The notes under the pieces: model-generated | Told to the model about the DNA's origin: nothing | What the model saw: the letters and a program-made list of their open reading frames with translations, nothing else | Databases searched by the model: none | Made by a program: the position numbers and the translations under genes | Part shown: positions 50,059 through 60,130 of the stretch, piece by piece | Layout: each line of letters begins with the position of its first letter | Position numbering within the stretch: the stretch's first letter is position 1 | Assembly: GCA_017447805.1 (NCBI GenBank) | Contig: JAFSMR010000006.1 | Coordinates: 50,314 to 114,313 of the forward strand | Length of the DNA stretch: 64,000 nt | Direction: 5' to 3' | Origin: Kiritimatiellia bacterium | GTDB taxonomy: Bacteria; Verrucomicrobiota; Kiritimatiellia; RFP12; UBA1067

Positions 50059-51213
50059 AATTCTTCTCTCGCCGTCAACGAAGACGCCGACAGTTTTCCA
50101 ATTTTTCTTGTTGAGCATCACGAGGTCGGCGATGTAGCCTTTTTGGACTTTGCCGAGATCTTTGCCCCAACCCTGCTCGATAGCCTGATTCCAAGAAGTA
50201 GTGCGAACGAGGTCCTTGAGAGGTATGCCGGTTACTTCGTGGACATTCTTGAGACCCTTGCCCATCCAAAGAGTCGAGCCCGCGAGGTTGCCGCCCTTGA
50301 CGAGACGAGCCTCGCCGCCTTCGAGCTTTACTTCCAGGCCGCCCATGGAAAACGCGTACCCATCTTTGCAGTGCGAGCATCTGAGCGAATCTGTAATCAT
50401 TTGGATATGTGCGAGATTTCTGCGTGTAAAGATAAGTTTCAGCATATCTGGGCAGAGGTGAATCTTATCGCAGATTACTTCGGTATTGAGGTCTTCAATA
50501 AGGAAGCCAGCGCCGACCATGCCGATTTCGCGGTGATGAAGCGGGGTCATCTGATTGCAGAAATGGGTCATGTGGCGAAGGCCATTTTTATATGCCGGCA
50601 TCAAATCCGCGAGCTTCGCGCCTGTATGGCCGCAGCTGGGGACGACGCCGATGCTGAAGCAATCCTTGGCGAATTTCGCGCCGCCTTCGGTTTCTACGGC
50701 ATACGAAATTTGCTTGACGGGGAAGACCGCGGCGATTTCCTTGACTTCTTTGATCGAAGGCTTGCGCACGAATTCAGGGTTCTGCGCGCCACAGCACTTG
50801 ACATTGATGAACGGCCCTTCGAGGTGAATGCCGGGGGTCTTCGCGTATGGCATTCCGCGCTTGGCGTACTTGCGAAGATTTTCCGCGGCGGTGAGGAGCT
50901 CTTCGTGAGAAACAGTAAGGGTCGTCGGCAAGAATGTAGTTACGCCTTCTTCGAGCTTGCCCTTGGCGATTTCGAAAATCGCTTTAGGATCCGGGTCGCA
51001 GAAATCGTAGGTGTTTGCGCCGTGAGTATGGACATCGATGAAGCCGGGCATTACATAATTGCCTTTGGCGTCAAACGTCTTATCGGTCGGCCTGGATTTC
51101 ACTGCGGTTTTATCGACAGATTTAATGCGCTTGCCTTCAATTACAATTGTTGCGCCTTCCAGATCTAGTGCTGGAGAGATTACATGCGCATTATAAATAA
51201 CTGTTCTTTCCAT
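50056..51213 (-). CDS. nagA: N-acetylglucosamine-6-phosphate deacetylase
   Basis: 385 aa from the internal ATG 51213 (SD AAGGAG upstream). Amidohydrolase motifs GFIDVHTHG, HLEGPF, HCNQMT. Confidence 0.88.
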   Translation of the reverse strand: MERTVIYNAHVISPALDLEGATIVIEGKRIKSVDKTAVKSRPTDKTFDAKGNYVMPGFIDVHTHGANTYDFCDPDPKAIFEIAKGKLEEGVTTFLPTTLTVSHEELLTAAENLRKYAKRGMPYAKTPGIHLEGPFINVKCCGAQNPEFVRKPSIKEVKEIAAVFPVKQISYAVETEGGAKFAKDCFSIGVVPSCGHTGAKLADLMPAYKNGLRHMTHFCNQMTPLHHREIGMVGAGFLIEDLNTEVICDKIHLCPDMLKLIFTRRNLAHIQMITDSLRCSHCKDGYAFSMGGLEVKLEGGEARLVKGGNLAGSTLWMGKGLKNVHEVTGIPLKDLVRTTSWNQAIEQGWGKDLGKVQKGYIADLVMLNKKNWKTVGVFVDGERRI

Positions 51214-51285
51214 TATCGGCTTCTCCTTTTTGGATTGTTTGCCGATATTATACCAAATCTTGCAAATTGGCTCAACGGCCAAATA

Positions 51286-52236
51286 TCATTTTTTCGATTT
51301 TAATATGGCGTATGCTCTGCGGTGGATTATTTCTATATTGTCGAAATATTTGCGCGCGACGGGTTCTAGACCGAGGGCGTTTTTGCAGACCATATAACAA
51401 ACGCCGCCTTTTTTTAGCGCTCTCAGAGCAGTTTCGTAAAAGACTTCGGCGATTCTATATTCACTATAATAAGGCGGATTTCCGGCAAAAAAATCAAAAG
51501 TTTCATCCATTCTCTTTGGCGTGCCGGAATCTGCTAGAATAACTTCTGCATTAATGCCGAGTTGCGAAGCGTTTTTATTCGCCTCTTCGACTGCTCGAGA
51601 ATGTGAATCGACCATCACGAGGTCGATATTTTTTACGGCCGTGGCCACGAGCAGACCTACGAGGCCGCACCCACAGCCCATATCGAGCAAGCGCAGAGTT
51701 TCTTGCGTGCGCGCCTCTTGGAGTTCGCGCGAGATTGTTTCGGCTAGCGCGAGGCCTCCTTCATCCGCTCTTCGATGGCAAAAGCACCCCGGCGCGCTTT
51801 CGAGTTCTATCGGCTTTGCCCCCGGCACGCTTGCAGTCCATTTCGCGGTAAAATTCCTCACTCGCTTGGGGTCGCAAAGTATTTTATCGATTAAATCGTT
51901 TTTGTCGCGCTCTTTGCCGTCGAATTCGAGCATGAAGCGCGGCGGCTTCAGCTCGCCACCTAGACGCAGGCTGATTTCTTGCAGGAGGTCTAGAGAAAGC
52001 TCCGCGCTCATTCTCTTGGGACCGGTCTTGAAATAAATTTTATCCCAATCGCCCTCCGGCAAATGCGGCGAGCAGATTGTTTTTGCGTGGTGGACTTTTT
52101 CAATCGCATGCCGCTCGTAGATATCGAGAGTATGGCATGTCACATCACCTTCGAGAAGGGCGGATGGCTTCTTCTTGCCATGGCGGCCTTTCTCGAATAA
52201 ATCAGATGCGCGGTAGCCTACGAGCAATGTCTTCAT
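51286..52236 (-). CDS. class I SAM-dependent methyltransferase, RsmC/RlmG-like (NPPY type)
   Basis: Start set at ATG 52236; the longer ORF overlaps the gltX 3' end. Motif I LDMGCGCGLVG and motif IV GNPPYY. Confidence 0.72.
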   Translation of the reverse strand: MKTLLVGYRASDLFEKGRHGKKKPSALLEGDVTCHTLDIYERHAIEKVHHAKTICSPHLPEGDWDKIYFKTGPKRMSAELSLDLLQEISLRLGGELKPPRFMLEFDGKERDKNDLIDKILCDPKRVRNFTAKWTASVPGAKPIELESAPGCFCHRRADEGGLALAETISRELQEARTQETLRLLDMGCGCGLVGLLVATAVKNIDLVMVDSHSRAVEEANKNASQLGINAEVILADSGTPKRMDETFDFFAGNPPYYSEYRIAEVFYETALRALKKGGVCYMVCKNALGLEPVARKYFDNIEIIHRRAYAILKSKK

Positions 52237-52270
52237 GGGCGTGAGATGAATTTTCCCGGGCGCCAAATTA

Positions 52271-53596
52271 TTACTGCGCGAGCTTTTCGGCGGCCGAGCG
52301 CAGACGAGCGAGGGTCTTTTCGCGCCCAAGGAGTTGCAGCATCTCAAAGAGGCCAATCCCTTCGCCTCTTCCTGATACCGCGACTCTGATCGGATGCACC
52401 CACGGGCCCATCCCGTTGCCTTGCGAGAGCGCTTTTACGACATTCTCGAGTTCTGTAGCTTCCCAGTTTGGCGCTTTTTCGAAACGCTCGGCGATATCGA
52501 ACAATAGCTCTTTGACGCCGGGTTTCTTCAGACGCTTTTCCACCGCTTTTTCGTCGAACGGGAAATCATCGTTTACGAAAGGAAGGGTCATGGAAGGAAT
52601 GTCGTTCAAGAATTTCACTCGCGGCTGAAGCTGGCTTGATAGATATGCCCACCAAGTCTTGTCTTTGGCGGCATTCGATTCCTTCGCGCCTGAGCGCTTT
52701 TCTACTTCTGAAGCGAAATCTTCGGCGGGAATCTTCTTTATATACTCGCCATTCATCCATGCGAGTTTCTTCATATCGAATTTTGCCGCTGTTACATGAA
52801 CGCGCTCGAGCTCGAACAGCTTTACCATTTCATCGCGGCTCAATACTTCGCGCTCGTCGCCGGGATTCCAGCCCAGCAATAGCAAGTAGTTAAAGAGCGC
52901 ATCTGGCAAATAGCCTTGCTCGCGAAATTCGCCGACGAATGCCGCGCCATCTCTTTTCGAGTAGGGCTTGCCTTGCTGGTTGACAATCATCGATAGGTGG
53001 GCGTATTTCGGAACACACGCGCCAAGCGCCTTGAAGATTTCGATATGCTTGAATGTGTTTTCCACATGGTCGTCGCCGCGGATGATATGTGTTACATTCT
53101 GGTCTATATCGTCCACGACATTCGCGATATGGAAAATCGGCGAGCCATCCGAGCGGACGATTGCGAAATCCTGGATGTCTTCAGCCTTCTTCGCCATGTG
53201 GCCTTTGACGATATCGTCAAATTCAATCGTGCCTTCCTTAGGCATCCTGAACATCACTACTTCGCCAGTCTTGCCATCGCGGCTCGTCTTTTCTATTTTA
53301 TAAGCCCGGCCGCAAGCGATAAGTTTATCAACGGCTTCGAGATGACGCTTCACATTCTTCGTCTGGTAGAAAACTTCCTCGTCCCAGTCTAGTTTCAGCC
53401 ATTCCATGCACTCGAAAAGCGCTTTTATTGCTTCAGGAGTAGACCTTTCCAAATCAGTATCTTCTATACGAAGAAGGAATTTGCCGCCGGTGTGGCGCGC
53501 AAAAAGCCAATTGTATATCGCGGCGCGAATATTGCCGATATGAACTTTGCCAGTTGGACTTGGCGCAAATCTGCATCTAATTGTTTCTGATGACAT
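52271..53596 (-). CDS. gltX: glutamate--tRNA ligase
   Basis: 441 aa. RFAPSPTGKVHIGN (HIGH) and a KMSKS-like PYSKRDG. TGATATAAT lies 10 nt upstream of the ATG. Confidence 0.93.
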   Translation of the reverse strand: MSSETIRCRFAPSPTGKVHIGNIRAAIYNWLFARHTGGKFLLRIEDTDLERSTPEAIKALFECMEWLKLDWDEEVFYQTKNVKRHLEAVDKLIACGRAYKIEKTSRDGKTGEVVMFRMPKEGTIEFDDIVKGHMAKKAEDIQDFAIVRSDGSPIFHIANVVDDIDQNVTHIIRGDDHVENTFKHIEIFKALGACVPKYAHLSMIVNQQGKPYSKRDGAAFVGEFREQGYLPDALFNYLLLLGWNPGDEREVLSRDEMVKLFELERVHVTAAKFDMKKLAWMNGEYIKKIPAEDFASEVEKRSGAKESNAAKDKTWWAYLSSQLQPRVKFLNDIPSMTLPFVNDDFPFDEKAVEKRLKKPGVKELLFDIAERFEKAPNWEATELENVVKALSQGNGMGPWVHPIRVAVSGRGEGIGLFEMLQLLGREKTLARLRSAAEKLAQ

Positions 53597-53697
53597 AGCG
53601 CCGGATATTATATCATTTTTCTCCCCAACGGTCTAGTGGGCAACTTGAGAGAAGCTGCCGCTCACAAACTCCGGAACCTTCAATCTTCAACGGTAAG

Positions 53698-54660
53698 TTA
53701 CGCGAGGCGGCGCCAAAATTCTTCTGGTGCGCGGAACGAGCCGTATGCGGCGTTTTGCAAAATGCGCTTTGGCGAGGAAGTATTTAGGGCTACTGAATCG
53801 AATCCGAGCCTGTAGGCGTATTCTACCGCCGGTGCGGCGGGGTCGATTTTGAACTCTTCACAGAGCGCGAGATATCTTTGGCGAAACGCAAAAGCCTCTG
53901 CATCGCGGATTGGGTCGGCCGGGCGATAGTCTATATGCGCGCCACCGGTCAAGAAGCCGCCATTGAATACGGCAGAATCTATCAGTAGAACGCCATTTTG
54001 CTTGAGTTCCGAGACGAAATCGATGAGTTCTTGTGGATGCACGAGCAGCGTTGGCGCGCAGGCGAACATCGTCCAATCGAATTTTACGCCGCTTTGCCAT
54101 AATTCTTTGATTGCGCGCCAATCTTTCGCGCCGATGCCTACGGCTTGTGCTTCGCCTTGGCTCTTTAGCTCGAATAGCGCGCGGTAAGCGCCAAGGATAT
54201 CGTCTTTCGCCGCCGTTCGGTCCTTGGCAGCAGCTAAATATTCATCGGGGTCGTGCACAGATACCATGTCTATCGGATAACCGCCGAGCAAAGATTTCGC
54301 TTCATTGTAGCATCTGATTATGCCGTCGTAGGAAATATCCTGCATTGCATCCCATTCCAGGTTCGCCCAGGCGCCTGGTTCAAAGGTCGGCTCTTCGCCT
54401 TTCTCGAGATGTCTTGAACGCCGCCAGCCGAGTTTTACAGAAATTGAAATTTCGCTTGGACTCTTTCCTAGTTCCCTAAGAGCCTTGCCGATGCATTCCA
54501 GCGATAGGCCTGCGCCATATTTTCCGGCAGAATCGATAGTAGGGCAATCGTAAGCCTTGAACCATTCGGCGGCAATCGCTTTTTTAGTCTCGAAGGGGAT
54601 ATCTTTATATAGATTGCCGAGGCAACTCGTGCCGAAGATTACGGGCGATAACTTATTCAC
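53698..54660 (-). CDS. aldo/keto reductase family oxidoreductase
   Basis: 320 aa. AKR fold pattern (IFGTSCLG, IDSAGKYG, VSVHDPD). Confidence 0.72.
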   Translation of the reverse strand: MNKLSPVIFGTSCLGNLYKDIPFETKKAIAAEWFKAYDCPTIDSAGKYGAGLSLECIGKALRELGKSPSEISISVKLGWRRSRHLEKGEEPTFEPGAWANLEWDAMQDISYDGIIRCYNEAKSLLGGYPIDMVSVHDPDEYLAAAKDRTAAKDDILGAYRALFELKSQGEAQAVGIGAKDWRAIKELWQSGVKFDWTMFACAPTLLVHPQELIDFVSELKQNGVLLIDSAVFNGGFLTGGAHIDYRPADPIRDAEAFAFRQRYLALCEEFKIDPAAPAVEYAYRLGFDSVALNTSSPKRILQNAAYGSFRAPEEFWRRLA

Positions 54661-54678
54661 AAGAACCTTCCTTTTTCG

Positions 54679-56793
54679 CTATTGGCGTTTATAGGTCGAG
54701 ATTTTTACCGGCCCTAGCAAGCCGGATTGCAATACAGGCCAAGTAGAGGCATCGAATTTCTTATAGTTGATATCGACCATATTGATATCTGTGAAATATT
54801 TCCATTCGATGCCGTTGATATCGTTATAGCGAATTCTATTGGCGCCGAGATTCGTTATTTCGATTTCAAGTTTATTGCCGGTATCTTTTAGAATATCGCC
54901 CGGGATGCCGAATTTATATGGCGGCATGAATCTTACGCCGAGGTCGATTCCGTTCAGGCGCACGCGCGCGATTTCCCTGACATCGCCGAGGTCGAGATTC
55001 CTGAATAAATCTTTTGCGTCCCCGATGGAAGTAGAATAATCGAAGGTGCAGGAATATTTAATCGTGCCGGAGAAATATTCGAGCCAAGTTTCCCATCCAT
55101 CGAGCGAGCCATCTTCTTTCGCTGTTAAATCGGTTTCGGCGTTCTCTTCCGGCCCGCCTGCGATAGTTTCGAGATGCCAAGCGCTCGCGAGGATTTTGGA
55201 TTCGAGAGGCTGAGGCTTTTCGGTTATATCTTTTACGCTGAAATTATCGCCGATGAGGAAGAGAGAATGGTTTGGAAGAATCACGCCGCGCTTAGTTTCG
55301 AATGCGTTGCCTGAAAGGGGAGATGCGAGAGTAAATATTTCCGGGCTCGTGATTTCTTTCGCCTGCGAAGTTTGATTGACTACGAAATACATAGTTTTGC
55401 CATCTTTTTTCCAGCGCGTTGCCATTAGCCCATTATCTTTAATATTGAATGGCATTTTCTTCGCTTCTGCGGGAGCAAGATGAGTCTTTTCAGGGTCGAT
55501 TATCGCGGCATAGCGGGTTTTATCGATTTTCTTATCTTTGAGTTGGCGCGGCGAGATATAGTCGAAAGCATAGCCTTGTTCATATAGATCTTTTGCGACA
55601 GCGCCGATTTTTTCGCCGTAGAACCAATCGATTGCATGAACAGACATTTGTTTCAGGTGATTGCCGCTTTTCTTGCGGAATGTATCGGGATCCCAGATTA
55701 TCAGCAAATCATTATCGCATTGCCAAGTCTGGAAAAGCGACTGGCAGCGCGTAATATAGGCGTTAAGCGCGCCGACTTCGCGCCAGATCGGGTTGCGCGG
55801 ATTCATTTCGAGGCTCGCGTAGAAACACCAGCCTGGCCATGTCGCTTCGACCGGCGAGTAGCAAAGGCCGTGATAGAATACATGGTTTACGCCAGAAAGG
55901 AAGAGTCTATCGATGAAGAGTTTTATTTCGCCGGGTTTCTCATTGAAGTGCTCGTCAATCCACGTGCAGCTTTCTGCCGATACCAATGTCGTGCCCTTTA
56001 CATGGGAAGCGGAAGACGCGAATTTAGATATAAGAATATCGCGGTCTTTTTTGCCGAACATTTCTGTTTCGGGAATATCTGCGAGACTATAGAAATCTAG
56101 CCAGTTCGAAGGTGCGCCATGGGCTTCGTTGCGTGTAATATAGCCGTTTTCGCGGCACCAATCGGTCCATACCTTGAATGTAGCGAGCTGCGCTTCATCG
56201 ATATCGGCTTTTTTATCGCGAGGAGCCGCGCCATAATATTCATAGCTATCGTGATAAAAGGCGCGGGGTCTTTCGGCTTTGCCATCCTTGCCGAAAATAG
56301 GGTCGAATTGCGCGATATGAAGACGCATCGCCGCGGGATTGAACGGGTCGATCATCAAACCTTGCGCGCCGGGACCCGCTCGCTTCACTTTCTGTCCGCT
56401 CGAGGCGCCTAGCTCTGCGGGGATCCACGGTCCGCCAAAGCACCACCCGGAGCCCATCGTCAAGTCGATATCGAGATTATGGCTGCGCGCTTTCCTAGCC
56501 GCCATGTTCCAAGCTTCCACCCATTGGGGCGAAAGCAGGTCGCGCCAAAGCTTTCTATAGCATTTATCGGGACCATTTGCGCCGTATATCGGAATTACAT
56601 GAAAACCGCCAAAACCTTTCGCTTCCATTTCCGAGCACTGGTATTCAAGCCCCGCTTCATCCACGGCGCTAGCCATCCACCAATTATATGCCCAAGGCTT
56701 CATTTCCTTGGTAGGCGTAGGCCAAGTAAAAGTATCGGCAAAGGCGAGCGAAGAGGCTGCACACAAAATCCCTAAAGCTAGTCTAGTTTTCAT
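54679..56793 (-). CDS. secreted glycoside hydrolase-like protein (GH106-like N-terminal pattern, galactose-binding-like C-terminus)
   Basis: 704 aa with signal peptide. KPWAYNWWM...GLEYQCSEMEAKGFGGFHVIP resembles the rhamnosidase GH106-type N-terminus. The family call is tentative. Confidence 0.5.
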   Translation of the reverse strand: MKTRLALGILCAASSLAFADTFTWPTPTKEMKPWAYNWWMASAVDEAGLEYQCSEMEAKGFGGFHVIPIYGANGPDKCYRKLWRDLLSPQWVEAWNMAARKARSHNLDIDLTMGSGWCFGGPWIPAELGASSGQKVKRAGPGAQGLMIDPFNPAAMRLHIAQFDPIFGKDGKAERPRAFYHDSYEYYGAAPRDKKADIDEAQLATFKVWTDWCRENGYITRNEAHGAPSNWLDFYSLADIPETEMFGKKDRDILISKFASSASHVKGTTLVSAESCTWIDEHFNEKPGEIKLFIDRLFLSGVNHVFYHGLCYSPVEATWPGWCFYASLEMNPRNPIWREVGALNAYITRCQSLFQTWQCDNDLLIIWDPDTFRKKSGNHLKQMSVHAIDWFYGEKIGAVAKDLYEQGYAFDYISPRQLKDKKIDKTRYAAIIDPEKTHLAPAEAKKMPFNIKDNGLMATRWKKDGKTMYFVVNQTSQAKEITSPEIFTLASPLSGNAFETKRGVILPNHSLFLIGDNFSVKDITEKPQPLESKILASAWHLETIAGGPEENAETDLTAKEDGSLDGWETWLEYFSGTIKYSCTFDYSTSIGDAKDLFRNLDLGDVREIARVRLNGIDLGVRFMPPYKFGIPGDILKDTGNKLEIEITNLGANRIRYNDINGIEWKYFTDINMVDINYKKFDASTWPVLQSGLLGPVKISTYKRQ

Positions 56794-56800
56794 GCCGCCT

Positions 56801-56809
56801 ATTATATCA
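56801..56809 (-). promoter_or_regulatory. extended -10 element TGaTATAAT, 7 nt before the ATG at 56793 (leaderless candidate)
   Basis: The minus strand reads TGATATAAT-AGGCGGC-ATG. Confidence 0.55.
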
Positions 56810-56848
56810 ATTTTCCCCGTTATGATGCAAGCGGAATTTCCAAATTTC

Positions 56849-56930
56849 TTTCAGGGCGCTTCGCGCCGTTCAGAAAGTTCAGTCGTTCAGATGTTCAGGG
56901 CGCGCCGCCCCTCAGTCCGCCGTAGTCGCA
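56849..56930. repeat. mosaic intergenic repeat block L6
   Basis: TTCAGGGCGCTTCGCGCCGTTCAGAAAGTTCAGTCGTTCAGATGTTCAGGGCGCGCC...CCGCCGTAGTCGC. Shares modules with L1 and L5. Confidence 0.75.
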
Positions 56931-56957
56931 AAAAGTATAGAAAATTAAAGTTACCCC

Positions 56958-56987
56958 TTGCAATGGGGGATAGGAAAATGATATAAT
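56958..56987 (+). promoter_or_regulatory. promoter TTGCAA-N18-TATAAT (TG-extended) of the caspase-domain gene
   Basis: TTGCAA at 56958-56963 and TGaTATAAT at 56979-56987. SD AGGAG lies before the ATG at 57023. Confidence 0.55.
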
Positions 56988-57022
56988 GGGGGCGGAAAAT
57001 CAAAGTAGGAGCATCGAAGATC

Positions 57023-60000
57023 ATGAAAATTACTATGCATACCAAACTGTTGGGGGTAATGGCAAGTGTTCTTGTATCATTATCCGCCGGCGCAGCGACA
57101 AAATATGGCCTTGTTGTCGGCATCAACGACTTCCTGTATCAAAACGATTTGGACGGGTGCGTCACAGATGCAAACAATGTATACAGTCTCTTGACCAATT
57201 ACGGCGGCGGCTGGACGAGTTCGAACATCACGAAGCTTACCGATTCAAAAGCGACGAAGTCCGCGATTTTGAATGCGATTTCTTCGTATGCCAACAAGGC
57301 GGTTTCCGGCGATACATTCATCTATACGCAGTCAAGCCATGGCGGCGAGGGGGTGCTTTGCTGCTATGACGACAATATCTCGGCAACGGAACTTGGAACC
57401 GCACTTAGGAATTTCAAAAGCGGCGTAACAGTCCTTTGCGTAATAGATGCTTGCCATTCCGGCAGCTTGCCCAACAAGGATGCAAACAGCAAAGCTGTCA
57501 GCGGGAAGCTCGATTTCGATTCGTTTATCGATGAAGTAAACCGCACGATCGAAAGCGCGCCAGCGACGAGGGATGGCGTCGCCAGAATTGCGAACACGGA
57601 AATCGGCTGGTGCGTCGCCGCAAGCGCGAGCGAGACATCTGCCGATATGTTCGAATATTACGGCGGTTTATTCTCTTATCCCTTTGTGCAAGGGGCTAAA
57701 TCCGGCTCTGTGGACGCTACCTATTTTTCGTCCCCAAACGGTGACGATCTATCGGTAGGCAACGCCGATGGTTATTGCACGGCAGACGAAGCATTTTACT
57801 ATGCAAAGACTGCGGCGCTCGCGTATGACAATTCTTCTTACAGACAGACGGCTGGGATATACAACGAGAGTGTTTGCAAGAAGGTCGTTTTGTCTACATC
57901 GAATCTTGTTTCGCTCAATACGGCGGCGGATATCGCGCTTAAATTCCGTTCGTACATGTATGATCCTGATTCCAGTCTTTATGTAAAAGGGGCGGGTTGG
58001 TTCGGACAGACGAAGACATCTTACTATGGCAACAGCGCTCTTCAATGCACTCCGCCGGTGCAATACGGGACAGCATGTTTGGATACTACGGTAATCGGAC
58101 CCGGTACGATTTCTTTCATGTGGAAGTCATCGACCAGTGATTACGGTTATTTGAGTTTGTATGTCGATGGCACCGAAGTAGATTGGATTTCAGGCGCTAC
58201 AGGATGGACATCGTGCAGTTACGACATAACAGATTCCGGAACTCATACCATATCTTGGGAGTATGTAAATACTAGTTTTGGATACTATCATGACGATGAT
58301 ATAGATGTTTGGGTTCAAATTTCCGGGTTTGCATTAAGGGACGACTGCGCGTGGATAGATAAGATCAATTGGACAGGTGATGTTCCAATGGAATTAGGCG
58401 ATACGCTAAACTGCGATTATCTTGATTTCGAACTCACGACTTCCGGCGATGTCAATTTAAGCTATGATTCAAACAACGAAGCTCTTAGGATGGCTGTGAG
58501 CGGCGATGGCTCTTATGCAGTTGTATCTACTTCTGTGCAAGGTCCTTGCATTGTAGATTTTGCCTGGGCCGGGTATGCTGCTTCCGGGACCGTTCAAGGA
58601 GGACTCATGATAAATGGTAACGTTGCAGATGTGAGCTCAACGGATGGATCATGGTCATATTCTTCATGGTCCTTGCCGAGTGAATCTACTTATTATCTCG
58701 ATTGGATTGCAATGTCTTCCGGAAGTAGCGCGAATGGTTCTGTAGAACTTGCCGATGTTGTCGTTTGGCCAGGAGTACTCTTTGATGCGAACGGTGGGTC
58801 GGGGTCAGATGTAGACCTATCTTCTCTCAGTGCGAATTCCAGCAACTGCTATTACGATAGTGACGATGGCATAAATTACGCCAAGGCAAAAACGAAGGTT
58901 ACCTTGCCTGGAGAAGATGTGTTTAGCCGCGATGGCTACGATTTTGCCGGTTGGGAGATCGACGGCGTTACATATTCGGCCGGTTCTACTTTCACGATTG
59001 GCTCAAAGCCGGTTACAGTAAAGGCACTTTGGACCGAGCGGGAAGATAGCCTTTTCGAGCTGTATTACGCGACGCGCACGCCAGTTATGGCTAAAGGTGC
59101 ATGGTCTGGCTATATCTTGGATGATTACAACTATGTAATCGGATCTGTTGAAGTAAAATCCGGCGCGTTTAAGAATAGCAAGAGCTCGGTTACATTCTCC
59201 ATTACATTGCGCAACAAGAAGACCGTCAAGGTTAAAGGCACGATGAGCCTTAATCTAAATGGAGGATGGGATTGCGTCGCAGTTGGCAATGGTTTTCTAG
59301 TGCAGGCGAATTTCTTGCATCAGAATGTCTACGGCCTCGTAAATGGCTTCTATTTCGATTGCGCGAGGGATTTCATGTCTGACAAGGATTCCTCCAGCAA
59401 TCAGTTCAAAAACAAGATTAAAGCGGCCAAGAATAACTATGTCTTGAGCGAGTTATCGCATCCCTTGGAAGGTAAGGCCAATCTCGCCAACGGCTTCATT
59501 GGCCTATCGGTAGTAGTCGATGCCAAAGGCAAGACGAAGCTTTCAGGCGCTCTTCCCGACGGCAACAAGGCGAGCGGAAAACTGATGCTTCTTGCAGATT
59601 CTCGCGGCGCATTCTTGCCGCTCTGGACGCAGATAAATTCGAAGAAGGGATTCTTCGGCGGTCAGATTTTCTGGATGGACTACTTTGTCCCGTTAAATAC
59701 GGATTACGGCGATTGGTTTACCCAGCAGTTCTACTCGTTGATAGAATATGATGATTCCAGCAAGCTTTCAGCTTCGAAGCCCGTGAAGAATGGTCTTTAT
59801 AGTTTCTATATGCCATCTTACTACGGATCGTATCCTGCGAGTATCGATGGTTCGGCTGTAGACCAGACGTCGCTGCCATCCTATCTCATGACTACGCTTG
59901 TAATGTTCTCCGGCAATAAATGGGTGGTCGCGAGTAATGATACCGGCAAAATCAAGCTCACATACGTCCCCAAGACAGGTCTTGTCAAGGGTAGCTTTAC

Positions 60001-60124
60001 GATAAGAACACTCAAGAAAAAGCACAAAGTTACCGTCAATGGCGCATATATCAATGGTTGGAGCAACTGCAATGGCTTTATCAAGGGCAAGACTTCGATG
60101 CCGCTGATGATAGGTTTCTATTGA
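57023..60124 (+). CDS. secreted multidomain protein with an N-terminal caspase-fold (peptidase C14) domain
   Basis: 1033 aa with signal peptide. C14 dyad context YTQSSHGG (His) and VIDACHSGSL (Cys). Two lectin/CUB-like beta-sandwich modules (ISFMWKSS...DGTEVDWISG). One Listeria-Bacteroides repeat (FDANGG...GYDFAGW...ALW). Confidence 0.78.
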   Translation: MKITMHTKLLGVMASVLVSLSAGAATKYGLVVGINDFLYQNDLDGCVTDANNVYSLLTNYGGGWTSSNITKLTDSKATKSAILNAISSYANKAVSGDTFIYTQSSHGGEGVLCCYDDNISATELGTALRNFKSGVTVLCVIDACHSGSLPNKDANSKAVSGKLDFDSFIDEVNRTIESAPATRDGVARIANTEIGWCVAASASETSADMFEYYGGLFSYPFVQGAKSGSVDATYFSSPNGDDLSVGNADGYCTADEAFYYAKTAALAYDNSSYRQTAGIYNESVCKKVVLSTSNLVSLNTAADIALKFRSYMYDPDSSLYVKGAGWFGQTKTSYYGNSALQCTPPVQYGTACLDTTVIGPGTISFMWKSSTSDYGYLSLYVDGTEVDWISGATGWTSCSYDITDSGTHTISWEYVNTSFGYYHDDDIDVWVQISGFALRDDCAWIDKINWTGDVPMELGDTLNCDYLDFELTTSGDVNLSYDSNNEALRMAVSGDGSYAVVSTSVQGPCIVDFAWAGYAASGTVQGGLMINGNVADVSSTDGSWSYSSWSLPSESTYYLDWIAMSSGSSANGSVELADVVVWPGVLFDANGGSGSDVDLSSLSANSSNCYYDSDDGINYAKAKTKVTLPGEDVFSRDGYDFAGWEIDGVTYSAGSTFTIGSKPVTVKALWTEREDSLFELYYATRTPVMAKGAWSGYILDDYNYVIGSVEVKSGAFKNSKSSVTFSITLRNKKTVKVKGTMSLNLNGGWDCVAVGNGFLVQANFLHQNVYGLVNGFYFDCARDFMSDKDSSSNQFKNKIKAAKNNYVLSELSHPLEGKANLANGFIGLSVVVDAKGKTKLSGALPDGNKASGKLMLLADSRGAFLPLWTQINSKKGFFGGQIFWMDYFVPLNTDYGDWFTQQFYSLIEYDDSSKLSASKPVKNGLYSFYMPSYYGSYPASIDGSAVDQTSLPSYLMTTLVMFSGNKWVVASNDTGKIKLTYVPKTGLVKGSFTIRTLKKKHKVTVNGAYINGWSNCNGFIKGKTSMPLMIGFY

Positions 60125-60130
60125 TAATAT

